Below are positions 19,046 to 28,911 of a stretch of 64,000 bases of DNA, one piece after another. Both the position numbers and the translations under genes were made by a program. Source of the DNA: Candidatus Hermodarchaeota archaeon. Its GTDB lineage: Archaea; Asgardarchaeota; Lokiarchaeia; Sigyniarchaeales; SOKP01. The stretch is from NCBI GenBank assembly GCA_048885525.1, contig JBHLLP010000002.1, positions 64,001-128,000 on the forward strand. Reading direction: 5' to 3'. The notes beneath the pieces were generated by a model. That model was not told where the DNA came from. It saw nothing but the letters and a program-made list of their open reading frames with translations, and did no database searches. Numbering within the stretch: position 1 is the first letter of the stretch; each line of letters begins with the position of its first letter.

Positions 19046-20005
19046 TTAGTCACCTAATACAAAATTTTGCTTTTCAAGCCATTTAAGAATTTCTGAAAGA
19101 CTTGCGGTTGCCAAAGCTATAGAACTATCAGCACATCCATAATAAAGTAGGATATCATCATTTTCTTGAATCCAGCCACATGGAAAAACAACTTTATCAA
19201 CATCACCAAAGATTTCATACGATTCTTTTGGAGAAAAGACCCACTCATCAGATCGTGCGATTACTTTGCAGGGATCTTTTAGATCTAAAAGTCCAAGTCC
19301 TAAGCGATAAATGATACCACTAGCGGTTGTTTTAACTCCATGGTAAAGTATTAACCATCCAGAATCAGTTTTCAATGGAGGGGGAGATAAACCAATTTTA
19401 TTTGCATCCCACCAACTTCCATCTCTAGCGGGAATAAGAAGTTTGTGATCACCCCAATGTTTAAGATCCGGTGAAAAAGCAATCCATATATGGGCACCAG
19501 TTCCTGACATTTTAGCAACGGGTCTATGAAGTATTGCCCATCGATTATTAAACTGAATTGGAAATATAGCAGCATCCTTGTTCTCTGGTGGCATAATAAC
19601 CCCATAACGATTAAAATGCTTGAAATCTTTGGTACATGCTAATGAAACTAAAGGTCCAGCTTTAGAATAGGCAGTATAGATAATAACCCATAAATTTTTT
19701 TCTTCCAAGAATGTAATTCTAGGATCTTCAATACCCCATATTTCTTCTGGATAAGTCTTAGGATTTGGTGTCATAGTAGGTTGGGTATCAATATGCCAAT
19801 TACTTATTCCATCTTTACTACGAGCTAAAGTAAAATGGGAAATTCCTCTTTTATCTTCTACTCTCATTAGAAGTATAATTTCATTATGAAATTTAATTGC
19901 ACCTGCATTGAAAACTGTATTCGCAAGATAAGGCAAATCTTTTATTGAAATAATTGGATTGGCTGGATGCCGCTTAAAAAGCTCATTAAAATTTGATTTT
20001 ACGAT
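19046..20005 (-). CDS. GH130-like glycosidase/mannoside phosphorylase (start extended to ATC at 20005)
   Basis: LFKRHPANPII N-terminus, VFNAGA, GIEDPRI, ENKDA, LHRP, YHGV, VVFPCG, YYGCAD. Confidence 0.9.
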   Translation of the reverse strand: MVKSNFNELFKRHPANPIISIKDLPYLANTVFNAGAIKFHNEIILLMRVEDKRGISHFTLARSKDGISNWHIDTQPTMTPNPKTYPEEIWGIEDPRITFLEEKNLWVIIYTAYSKAGPLVSLACTKDFKHFNRYGVIMPPENKDAAIFPIQFNNRWAILHRPVAKMSGTGAHIWIAFSPDLKHWGDHKLLIPARDGSWWDANKIGLSPPPLKTDSGWLILYHGVKTTASGIIYRLGLGLLDLKDPCKVIARSDEWVFSPKESYEIFGDVDKVVFPCGWIQENDDILLYYGCADSSIALATASLSEILKWLEKQNFVLGD

Positions 20006-20018
20006 TAGATTAACACCT

Positions 20019-21245
20019 TTAAAATTCTAATTCTAAATTAACCTTTTGACAAGTTTTTTTAGCTTCTCTTGCTAGTTTGTATGCTTGATTATATTGTTTA
20101 GCAATAATTTCCCAAGAAACTACATTATCAAGATATCGCTTTAAATTCTCACCAAGTTTCAGTCGAAGATTCTCATTACAAGCTAGTTGAATTACCCTTT
20201 CTTTTAGCATTTTCTTTGTTGTAAATAATAAACCTCCACCACTTTCTAAAGTTTGAGCTGTTAATCCTTCCATTGGGGCTGTTGTTACATAAGGTTTATT
20301 TAAAGCTATTATCCTTGCTAATGTTCCAGATTGTGTTTCGTCAACCGTAGGTAATACAATGAAATCACAAATTGCCATTACTTTATAGTAGATATCTCCT
20401 CTAGGGATAAATTCATAATAATGAGCGATCCCTTTGTCTTGAAGTTCAAGAATGTCAGATTTCCACATTTCATAATCATTTTTATGATTCGGGTCTCGTA
20501 AAGTACCTGCAGCAAATAATTCCCATTTCTGACCACACTTTTCTTTTATCTTTTCATGAATCTCTCCCCAACTTGAAAGTAGTATGTCCCATCTTTTATT
20601 AGTTTGTATCCATCCAATCATTCCAACAAGATGATCTGATAAATTCAATTGATCTAAACCCAGCTCTGTCTTTAATTTATTAATTTCATCTATTCCCCAT
20701 CTTTTATCAGATCGGGCACCATGTGGAACCACCATAATATTTTTTGGAGTTTCCCATCCTCGGGCTCTAAAAGACCAATCCAATCTCCACTTTTGATAAT
20801 GGCATTTAAAAAAAACTACATCACTTCTTTGGCAAAGTTGATAAATAAAATCAGCTTCAAAATCAGTAATCCGTCCATGAATAGTATGTGGTTCAACTAC
20901 AATGGGATAATCATCAATTGCCTCAAGAAGTTTAAGAAAACCTTCATTTCTATCCCCTATCCCACGTTTATCTCTATATTCATAAAGTCCATATTCATGT
21001 TCTAAATGAATTGCATATGGTTTCAACTCATCAATTTTTTTTGCAATAGGTTCATACCAATCATATCTATTTATCTCAATTAAAGGAAAAACCCCTTCTC
21101 CTTCTCCATCTGTATGGCTAATTACAAAAACATCCCTTTGAGGATTTGTCTTTTGGATGAACTCTCTTGCTTCTTCAGCAAATGTAGCAATACCACAAAG
21201 TCGTGGTGGGTAAGAACTTATTATTACTATTGGTTGATTTGACAT
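20019..21245 (-). CDS. Glycosyltransferase family 4
   Basis: SSYPPRLCGIATF, HLEHEYGLY, VVPHG, TQSGTLA. Confidence 0.88.
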   Translation of the reverse strand: MSNQPIVIISSYPPRLCGIATFAEEAREFIQKTNPQRDVFVISHTDGEGEGVFPLIEINRYDWYEPIAKKIDELKPYAIHLEHEYGLYEYRDKRGIGDRNEGFLKLLEAIDDYPIVVEPHTIHGRITDFEADFIYQLCQRSDVVFFKCHYQKWRLDWSFRARGWETPKNIMVVPHGARSDKRWGIDEINKLKTELGLDQLNLSDHLVGMIGWIQTNKRWDILLSSWGEIHEKIKEKCGQKWELFAAGTLRDPNHKNDYEMWKSDILELQDKGIAHYYEFIPRGDIYYKVMAICDFIVLPTVDETQSGTLARIIALNKPYVTTAPMEGLTAQTLESGGGLLFTTKKMLKERVIQLACNENLRLKLGENLKRYLDNVVSWEIIAKQYNQAYKLAREAKKTCQKVNLELEF

Positions 21246-21249
21246 TTTT

Positions 21250-23547
21250 TTACACGTTTAATTTTTCGGTTAAGTCAATCTCAGTTAAATTATCTAATAA
21301 ATACATATTTAAAAGTGATAATAACCATGCTAAAGTTGATTCTGCTCCTTGATTTAGGTTAGGACCTGTTGGTGTTAATGAATCATAACATCCCCCTGTT
21401 TTATAATTATATAGTGAAGTATTTAAATCATTTCGACCTAAAAACCACTCTAGGCAATGACGTGCTTCTATGATCCATTTTTTATCTTGTGTAATTTTAA
21501 ATGCTTCTATGCATGCTTCAATTATACTTTCAGCTTCAAGTGATTGTTGGTCAAATCTCGCTTTTTCTCCGTTTCGAGGATACCAACCAGAATTGCCAAT
21601 TGGAGTAAACTGTCCTTTATGATTCTTTTGAATTTTCACTAACCATTCTAATAATCTTAATCCTGCTTCAACCATTTCTCCTCGTTGTAACCATTGTCCA
21701 GACATTAGTAGAGCTTGTGGAATTTTTCCATTATCATAAGTTAAAGTGTCCTCTATCCATGGCCATTTATCACTAGCATTCGAACAATATAACTCAAATA
21801 AAGAGTTAGCTATTTTTTCTCGATATCTTCTTATTTTGCTATCTCCTCCAAATCTAGCTAAGTAAGCATGAATTCCTATTAAACCTAAAGCTAATGCTCT
21901 AGGGGATTTAAATTCTGATAAAACCGATACAGCTTTATCAAAGATTATTAAAGCTTGATCCCCGAATTCTTTTGATTTTGAAAAAGCTACTGTAATCCCT
22001 AAACTCCAAACAGCACGCCCATGACTATCTTCAGATCCTTTATCTTCAAGCCATTTACGATCATATCCTAAAAAGTTACGAAATCGACCATTTTCCTCAT
22101 TAAAGGCGTGCAATAAAAAACTAAAGTATTTACTATCAAGATTCCTTAGTAGATTATCTTCAATTAATAAGTTTTGAGCTAAAATTACTACTATTAACGC
22201 CCTAGCATTATCATCTGTGCAATAACCATGCACTCGATTAGGTATTATAAAATTAGCATGCTGTAAAATACCAACATCATCAGTTAACCGATCTAGATGA
22301 TCAAATTTTAGCTGAGGTAGATCGAATGGAGATGATCGTAATGATTTTATCCTTAAAATGGATTTTGGCTCTGATAGTCTTTTTTCAACAACTTCTGCAA
22401 ATATCTTTATATAATTTCTAGCAACTTCTTTCCAAACCATATCTCTAGAATATAAATAGGCTTTTTTACGCATAAGATGTCTCTCAGTTTCGTTATTTAA
22501 TAGATTAATAATTTGATCTGCAATACTTTCCGGATCTTGAAAAGGTACTATTATTCCTTTCCCATCATCTAAAATTTCTTCAGCATACCAATAAGGTGTA
22601 GATATTATAGCCTTACCAGTTCCAAGAGCATAAGCAAGTGTTCCAGAGACGATTTGTTCTTTGTTTATATATGGAGTTACATAAATATCAGCAGCTCCTA
22701 AAAATTCGCATAATTCCTCTAATTCTACAAACCTATTATAAAAAATTATATGATCTTCTACTCCTAATTCCCTAGCTCTTATTTGAAGAGAATACCGATA
22801 TGATTCGCCATGTTCTTTCTTTACATTTGGATGTGTTGCACCAAGAACAATATAAGTCACATTTGGATGTGCTTTAATTATTTTGGGTAAGGCATCTATC
22901 ATTGTTTCTATCCCTTTACCAGGATTAATCAAGCCGAAAGTCAAAATAACATCCTTTCCTTCAACTCCAAATTGATCTTTAAAAAAATTAGGGTCTATAA
23001 AAGGAACATCTGGAATTCCATGATGAATTACATTAATTTTATCATCAGAAATCCCATATTCTTCTTTTAAAATACGTTTAGCTTTATGACTCATGACGAT
23101 TAAACGATCTGACAATTTATTTATTGTTTCAACAATCTTTCGTACTTTGGGTGGAGGATTGGGTATAAGAGTATGTAATGTTGATACAATTGGCATATGT
23201 ATATTACGAAGTAAGGTTAAGATATAACTTCCATATTCTCCACTATAAATGCCAAATTCATGTTGTAGGCAAACTACATCAACCTTATTAATATTCAAAA
23301 ATTCTGCAGCCAGAGAATAATCTTTTAATCTATTAACATTCAATTCAAAACGAACATGATTAGGATAATGATAACCTTCAGGTATATCATTCATTGCTAA
23401 AGCCCAACATTTACTTTTTGGTAATTCATTTGAAACTGCTTGTAAAAGATCGGCAGTGAAAGTTGCAATACCACATTGACGTGGTATGTAATTACCAATA
23501 AAAGCAATATTTCTCAAATTTTGATGGTATATTCTCTTTACACTCAT
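21250..23547 (-). CDS. GT4 glycosyltransferase fused to a C-terminal alpha/alpha-barrel domain
   Basis: GNYIPRQCGIATF, QHEFGI, TFGLINPGKG, VSGTLAY; C-terminal GYCTDDNARA, DSHGRA, FDQQ, NQGAESTL. Confidence 0.9.
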   Translation of the reverse strand: MSVKRIYHQNLRNIAFIGNYIPRQCGIATFTADLLQAVSNELPKSKCWALAMNDIPEGYHYPNHVRFELNVNRLKDYSLAAEFLNINKVDVVCLQHEFGIYSGEYGSYILTLLRNIHMPIVSTLHTLIPNPPPKVRKIVETINKLSDRLIVMSHKAKRILKEEYGISDDKINVIHHGIPDVPFIDPNFFKDQFGVEGKDVILTFGLINPGKGIETMIDALPKIIKAHPNVTYIVLGATHPNVKKEHGESYRYSLQIRARELGVEDHIIFYNRFVELEELCEFLGAADIYVTPYINKEQIVSGTLAYALGTGKAIISTPYWYAEEILDDGKGIIVPFQDPESIADQIINLLNNETERHLMRKKAYLYSRDMVWKEVARNYIKIFAEVVEKRLSEPKSILRIKSLRSSPFDLPQLKFDHLDRLTDDVGILQHANFIIPNRVHGYCTDDNARALIVVILAQNLLIEDNLLRNLDSKYFSFLLHAFNEENGRFRNFLGYDRKWLEDKGSEDSHGRAVWSLGITVAFSKSKEFGDQALIIFDKAVSVLSEFKSPRALALGLIGIHAYLARFGGDSKIRRYREKIANSLFELYCSNASDKWPWIEDTLTYDNGKIPQALLMSGQWLQRGEMVEAGLRLLEWLVKIQKNHKGQFTPIGNSGWYPRNGEKARFDQQSLEAESIIEACIEAFKITQDKKWIIEARHCLEWFLGRNDLNTSLYNYKTGGCYDSLTPTGPNLNQGAESTLAWLLSLLNMYLLDNLTEIDLTEKLNV

Positions 23548-23630
23548 AAAAATTATTTTATTTTTTACTAAGATTTTTGTTATATTTACTTAAAATATGT
23601 TAATTTAAATACAAATTGAAAAGAAGAGAT

Positions 23631-24053
23631 TTACTTTATAATATCTGTTATAAAACAAGTTTCTACAATTTTAATACCTTCAATTTGAGAAATTTTTCCT
23701 TCAATTAATGGATTAAACTCTTCAATTGAAGAAATCTCAATTTTTATTAATAGACCACAGTCACCAGATAATCTCCAGATATCTGTTACTTCTTCAATAT
23801 CTTTTAAATTGTTTATTATTCTCTTAATTTCTTTAAAATTTAGTTCCAATTTTACGGTTGCATTAATTTTTGGCTGGCTTTCAATATCATATTCAATAGT
23901 AAATTTGTCAATTATTTCATTTTCTATCATCTTTTTAACACGACGTCTGATAGTCGCTTCTGTTTTTCCTACAACCTCAGCAATTTCACTATAAGATTTT
24001 CTACTATCTTCTTTCAATTCCTCTAAAATAACAAGATCAATTGCATCCAACAT
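23631..24053 (-). CDS. Lrp/AsnC family transcriptional regulator
   Basis: MLDAIDLVILEELKEDSRKSYSEIA...TIRRRVKKM, LSGDCG; ATG at 24053 preferred over the TTG at 24071. Confidence 0.92.
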   Translation of the reverse strand: MLDAIDLVILEELKEDSRKSYSEIAEVVGKTEATIRRRVKKMIENEIIDKFTIEYDIESQPKINATVKLELNFKEIKRIINNLKDIEEVTDIWRLSGDCGLLIKIEISSIEEFNPLIEGKISQIEGIKIVETCFITDIIK

Positions 24054-24233
24054 TTTATTAATCTCAATCAAGATAATAACCGATATTATATAAAATTTAG
24101 GTTTATGAAAAAGACTTTGTATTAAAATGTAGTATTATAAATTATTTTGTTTATTAAATTATCAAAAAGTATCACATCCGAGCATTTAAGGTAATAACTT
24201 AAGAAAAGCTAAATTTTCCAAATCGAAAAACAT

Positions 24234-24680
24234 TCATTTTAAGATTGGATTTGTAATAAAATTAATAATTTTAGGCAGAGTTTCATGAATAAATTCATTA
24301 GAAGGATTACCTATCTTTATTCCTTTGCATTTTCTTTCTAAATATATATTATATCGTTTTTTCCTATAAAGATAGAATAATCTTTTATTATTTGACTTTA
24401 AAATTAAAAATGGGAAGATTTTACATATTATAGGTTTTATTTGGTGTATTTTACATTTAGATTTCCCATCTGAAGTTTCTTGAAAAATACAATTTCCACT
24501 TATTGTTCGTTTAAGGAAATATTTTATTGGATATTTATTATAATTAAAAATTTCGCTCCCAAACAATATATAAATTTTCTCATATTCATTTTTTTCTAAA
24601 GAGATATCATAAGAACGACAGCATAGTCCACAGGATACACATTTCCATGATTCTACTTTTCTCCATGATATAAATTTCAT
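24234..24680 (-). CDS. YkgJ family cysteine-cluster (CxxCxxCC) protein
   Basis: WKCVSCGLCC, CIF, CKIHQIKPIICKIFPF. Confidence 0.85.
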   Translation of the reverse strand: MKFISWRKVESWKCVSCGLCCRSYDISLEKNEYEKIYILFGSEIFNYNKYPIKYFLKRTISGNCIFQETSDGKSKCKIHQIKPIICKIFPFLILKSNNKRLFYLYRKKRYNIYLERKCKGIKIGNPSNEFIHETLPKIINFITNPILK

Positions 24681-24726
24681 TTGTCAGCAATTTTGTTTTA
24701 TTATTTAATCTATAATTTTTTTGAAA

Positions 24727-24942
24727 TTATTCAAGTGTTTCTTTTTTCCAATCCTTCATTTTCTCCAAATTCTTGAATTCTTCCCCCGGTGGATGATATA
24801 TTTCTTTATTGAATTTATAGGATTTTATTATTTCTTTCTCTAAAGGTTTGGTTTGACCGCAAGAATTACAAATGAGAACATTATTATCTTTATCTTTAGA
24901 TGGAAGCATCATTCCATCACATTTTTCACAAAATTCAACCAT
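24727..24942 (-). CDS. TFS/RpoM-like protein with the N-terminal zinc ribbon only
   Basis: EFCEKCDGMMLP...LICNSCG; no second ribbon or SADE motif. Confidence 0.75.
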   Translation of the reverse strand: MVEFCEKCDGMMLPSKDKDNNVLICNSCGQTKPLEKEIIKSYKFNKEIYHPPGEEFKNLEKMKDWKKETLE

Positions 24943-24982
24943 TTTTTATCAATTGCTATATCTATCTACTTCTATTCAATTT

Positions 24983-25612
24983 TTATAAGAAAGTTAATTC
25001 AAACTCTTCTTCAATTACTTTTTCGCTGGTAATATTCATATTATTAATCACTTTTATTAGCTTCAAAATTGCTTTTTCTAAAATCTCTTCCTTTTTAACT
25101 CCAGTACAAACATACTTGCCTGTTGAAAATAGCAAAAATACCGCACGAGGATTTTTCATATTATAAATCAAACCAGGAAAGACTTCAGGTTCATACATGA
25201 CATAATCCATTACTAAGACAGCTTTATTTAAATCTATAAGAGTGTGCAAATTACCATTTGCAACTATATTTTGAATAGAAATTTTAGGGTCAGATATCTT
25301 AATGCCAAACTTTTTTATTTTTTTTAACAACTTTTTAACTGCAATTTCAGCATCATGGACAAATTCAAGACCTGTAATTACCATTTTACCTGTAGAGAAA
25401 ATCAAAAATGTAGCCCTGGGATCATCTTGTCTATAAATTAAGCCAGGGAATCTTTCTGGAAAATATTCAGCATCATATAATTTTCGAGCTATTTTCACCA
25501 GATCGAATTTCTCAGTAATATCTATTTTTGCTGTAGCTACGATATTATTTATTCTATAATCCAAATTGCTTTCATAGTTTTCCTTTTGTTCAGATTTATA
25601 AATATCTGTCAC
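24983..25612 (-). CDS. tbp: TATA-box binding protein
   Basis: NIVAT, YFPERFPGL, LIFSTGKMVITG, IQNIVA, YEPEVFPGL, LLFSTGKYVCTG; acidic tail. Confidence 0.95.
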   Translation of the reverse strand: MTDIYKSEQKENYESNLDYRINNIVATAKIDITEKFDLVKIARKLYDAEYFPERFPGLIYRQDDPRATFLIFSTGKMVITGLEFVHDAEIAVKKLLKKIKKFGIKISDPKISIQNIVANGNLHTLIDLNKAVLVMDYVMYEPEVFPGLIYNMKNPRAVFLLFSTGKYVCTGVKKEEILEKAILKLIKVINNMNITSEKVIEEEFELTFL

Positions 25613-25614
25613 TT

Positions 25615-25875
25615 TTATCCCCTTTTTTCATTTTCGATTAATTTAATAATTTCTTTTTTGTAAAGCTCATGATTACCAGAATGCTTTGCTTTTTTAAACA
25701 ATCTTTGTAGCTGTCGTTTAGCAATTGGTCTAAGCTTCTTAAAATTTATTTCTAATTCTTTATCATCAGCAGAGATGTCTTTACTTATTTTTTCTCTTTT
25801 GAAATCTAAGTGTTCTCTATAAATTTTACCTCTATAATGATATTTATCACATTTATTACAATAATATTTATTCAT
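25615..25875 (-). CDS. Small putative zinc-binding protein
   Basis: YYCNKCDKYH...EH; ends 2 nt before the tbp start. Confidence 0.7.
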   Translation of the reverse strand: MNKYYCNKCDKYHYRGKIYREHLDFKREKISKDISADDKELEINFKKLRPIAKRQLQRLFKKAKHSGNHELYKKEIIKLIENEKRG

Positions 25876-25989
25876 TTAAACCATTATTTTCTTTAATTTA
25901 ACTTAATTATTATATCCAAATACTAGAAATTTAATTATTTCATATTCAATTGAATCTAGGAAAGATTAAGGGAAATGGGGATATTATTA

Positions 25990-26256
25990 TCACTTGCTTT
26001 CCAAAATGAACAACTTACGATCATGAGGTATATAAAAAGTATCGTTTTTCTTTATTATTACTGAATGAAAGTACTCTGCTAAGCCAAGAAAACCGCGTAT
26101 TATTGCTTCATCTTGCTCAAAAGTAAATTTTATGATAGATGTCGCATTATTAGATTTAAATTTAACTTTATCTTGGACTCTATTATCTATTAGAGGGAGT
26201 TTTAATTCAGTTATAAGTTCATATACTTTTTTCATAAAATCTTCTTGTGTTCCCAT
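25990..26256 (-). CDS. Hypothetical protein
   Basis: ATG at 26256 after GGTG; natural globular composition (IIRGFLGLAEYFHS). Confidence 0.7.
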   Translation of the reverse strand: MGTQEDFMKKVYELITELKLPLIDNRVQDKVKFKSNNATSIIKFTFEQDEAIIRGFLGLAEYFHSVIIKKNDTFYIPHDRKLFILESK

Positions 26257-26826
26257 TTCAACACCATTGAACAATTTAACTACTTTTTATAAATTTCTAA
26301 TAACAATGCTTGATTGTCCCCTAAATATCATTTTAAATTAACCAATTTGATTAAATATCTAAAAAAATCCTTATGAAAAGGTAGAAAATAATTTTTCTTT
26401 TATTATAATATCTTATTTGATATTCAGGTTAATTTAAAAGGACAATTACACTTAAAGGATATCAAATCATTTTTATATCTATTTTATTAAAAAAAATAAG
26501 GATATTTAATTTTTACCATAAAACAAAAGAAATAACTTTATAAATTCCTATTAAGGTTTTAATATCCTTTCCTTTTTGAAACAAATTTTTTATGATTAAG
26601 TTTTCTTCATTAACTATTCAATTTTTAAATCTCTTTTATATTATTTAATATAAATTTTAGGAATTTTCTTGAAAAAAAGGAATTAGATTAATCTATATTC
26701 TCCTTGAAATATCTTCTATTAAATTAATTAGTTCTCATAAATTTTATTAGAATTTTATGATTTAATTTAAATTGTAAATTCTTTAGTATCAAAAATAAAC
26801 ATTTAATTTATGATGAGCCTAGCATA

Positions 26827-28182
26827 ATGAGTATATACGCTGATGATGTCGTAAACTTTACATCTGTATTAAAGATTGCATATAATTTTTTAACTGGGAG
26901 AGATTATTTACAAAAAAAAAAATCAAAAGAAAGTAAGACTCTGGTTTCGGTAGCATCAGGATTTCCTGATTTGGTATTCGCTGCTGATTCGATTCCTGTT
27001 TTTCCAATCCGCATGGAAAAGTTTAAACTTAACGTATATTTACTTGCTTTAAATTCAGCAACAAGTCTATTTGGTTGGAATCTGACAATGAAATTGTTAG
27101 GTATTGCCCGACAAATAGATTTTCTTAAAATCGTAGATAATGTATTAAATGACGTAATTAATTCAATTAATAATAAGTATAATTTAATGTATGATTTAGC
27201 AATAAAAAAAAATGTTTCATCAGATTTTTGTTTTGGTATTAAATCTATGTATGGAATGAATGTTTCGGAAGCAAATATATGTGATTGTAGTTTAAATTAT
27301 ACTATTCGATGTAGTAAATATAATCAATACCTTAAATCGTTAAGAGCAATAATTCCAAATCAAATTTGGATTGAAATTCCTCCAAATGAAAAGATAAATG
27401 AAAATAAATCATTAGAAATTATGGTTGATAACATACAAAAAGGTATTGTAGAATTGGAAAATTTCACCGGAAACATAGTAACGGATAATAGCCTAAATAA
27501 ACAATTTCGAATAGGTAATCAAGTAAAGAGATATTATAAAACAATCATTGATGAGATTAGCACCTCAGATTTTTTTCCGTGTAATCCTGCTACTTTTGCA
27601 GAAATCTTAGCATTATTAACCATCTCTTTTCAAGATTATAATTCCAATGCTCAGAGATATTTGGAAAATATTAGCCATTTAGTAAAAGAAATGAGAGAAC
27701 GTATAGAAAGAGGCGTTGGGATGGATGTGTCCAATATGCCAAGAATATTATTATCCCCAATATTTAATGGTTGGGAACCTGAAACTCAAGAAATCATTTA
27801 TAATTTAGGAGGAAAAGTAATATACTCAGATTGGGATTTGCTAGGATTATTAGAAGAAATTCCTGTTTCAAAGGATTCTGATCCAATTGAGGAATATGCT
27901 CGATTCCTTTTAAATTCCTCAAAAAAAGGATTATCATGTCTAAATAATTGCGATACTTTAACCAATTCTTACCAAAAATATATAAAAAAGCTGAAAGTTG
28001 ATGGTTTTATAATTAATCAATTAGCCGATTGTAATATAAATTTTAATTGTTATGACTTTTTGGAAAATAAAATTAGAACTGAACTTAGAATACCTTCAAT
28101 TGGAATTAATTTTAGAAAGATAGGAGATAATGTTGAACAAACAAAGTCTAAATTAATAACCTTCATGGAATTATTCAGCTAA
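26827..28182 (+). CDS. 2-hydroxyacyl-CoA dehydratase family subunit, paralog of 3132..4490
   Basis: Shares LTGRDYL, PVFPIRM, LNYTIRCS, PCNPATF, SFQDYNSNA, DVSNMPRIL with 3132..4490. Confidence 0.82.
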   Translation: MSIYADDVVNFTSVLKIAYNFLTGRDYLQKKKSKESKTLVSVASGFPDLVFAADSIPVFPIRMEKFKLNVYLLALNSATSLFGWNLTMKLLGIARQIDFLKIVDNVLNDVINSINNKYNLMYDLAIKKNVSSDFCFGIKSMYGMNVSEANICDCSLNYTIRCSKYNQYLKSLRAIIPNQIWIEIPPNEKINENKSLEIMVDNIQKGIVELENFTGNIVTDNSLNKQFRIGNQVKRYYKTIIDEISTSDFFPCNPATFAEILALLTISFQDYNSNAQRYLENISHLVKEMRERIERGVGMDVSNMPRILLSPIFNGWEPETQEIIYNLGGKVIYSDWDLLGLLEEIPVSKDSDPIEEYARFLLNSSKKGLSCLNNCDTLTNSYQKYIKKLKVDGFIINQLADCNINFNCYDFLENKIRTELRIPSIGINFRKIGDNVEQTKSKLITFMELFS

Positions 28183-28199
28183 AGAAAGAAGAAAAACGC

Positions 28200-28802
28200 T
28201 TAAGTACCAAAAAAATCGGAGGGTTTAAGTAAGTGTTGATCTTCCTCTTTCTCCTTTTTTGCTTTTTCATGAGGATCTACCCATTCTGGTTCACTAGTTG
28301 CTGTAGTTGGTGCAGCTCCTCCAGGAGCCTTTAACCCGGATGCTTTTAAACGAATATCCGCCGATATCGCTTCTGGTTGTTGTCCCACCATAACTGATGC
28401 TGTTGGTACATAATTAATTCCTCCTGCTTTTAAGACTTTTAATTCACTTAACACCTTCTCAAGATTCATTGATTGTACACTTTTATTCATTGTGTCCATT
28501 ATTTCTTTTAGTGATTTAGATGTTTCTCTTAATCCTTTTGGATTAATACCTGTAAGTAAAGAATCTAAATTAGCACTTATATTTTCATTTAATTCTTTTA
28601 GAGATTCCAACACAGTATTCCAATGTTTATTCATTTGAGATTCAATGGCACTAATCATTTTGATGGTTTCATTCACGAAATTTCAGGAAAACTGAAAAAT
28701 TTTCATGAAATTGACATGTGCCTCATATCTCTCCTCGTCCTTAGCTCGAAGATCTGAAATAAGCATTATAAGCTTCCTTAGAGCTTCTTTTTCTTCACTC
28801 AT
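28200..28802 (-). CDS. Coiled-coil hypothetical protein interrupted by an in-frame TGA at codon 40 (28683-28685)
   Basis: ATG at 28802 (MSEEKEALRKL...FQFS*NFVNETIK...) is in frame with the track ORF 28200..28676. Confidence 0.65.
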
Positions 28803-28911
28803 TATTTACCAAAATATATATTATTTTTTCTAATTATTATAATGATTATAAAGATTTTTATATATATTCCTTTCTAATATTTAATCTAATAATTTTAAAG
28901 CGAATATTAAA

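Noticed and set aside
26341-26826. Long AT-rich intergenic region as a possible replication origin or ncRNA
   Set aside because: No ORB-like repeats with G-strings, no adjacent orc1/cdc6, and no GC-rich structure
28683-28685. Confident selenocysteine call for the in-frame TGA
   Set aside because: Non-redox coiled-coil context and no SECIS-like hairpin in the 17-bp downstream gap; kept only as an alternative
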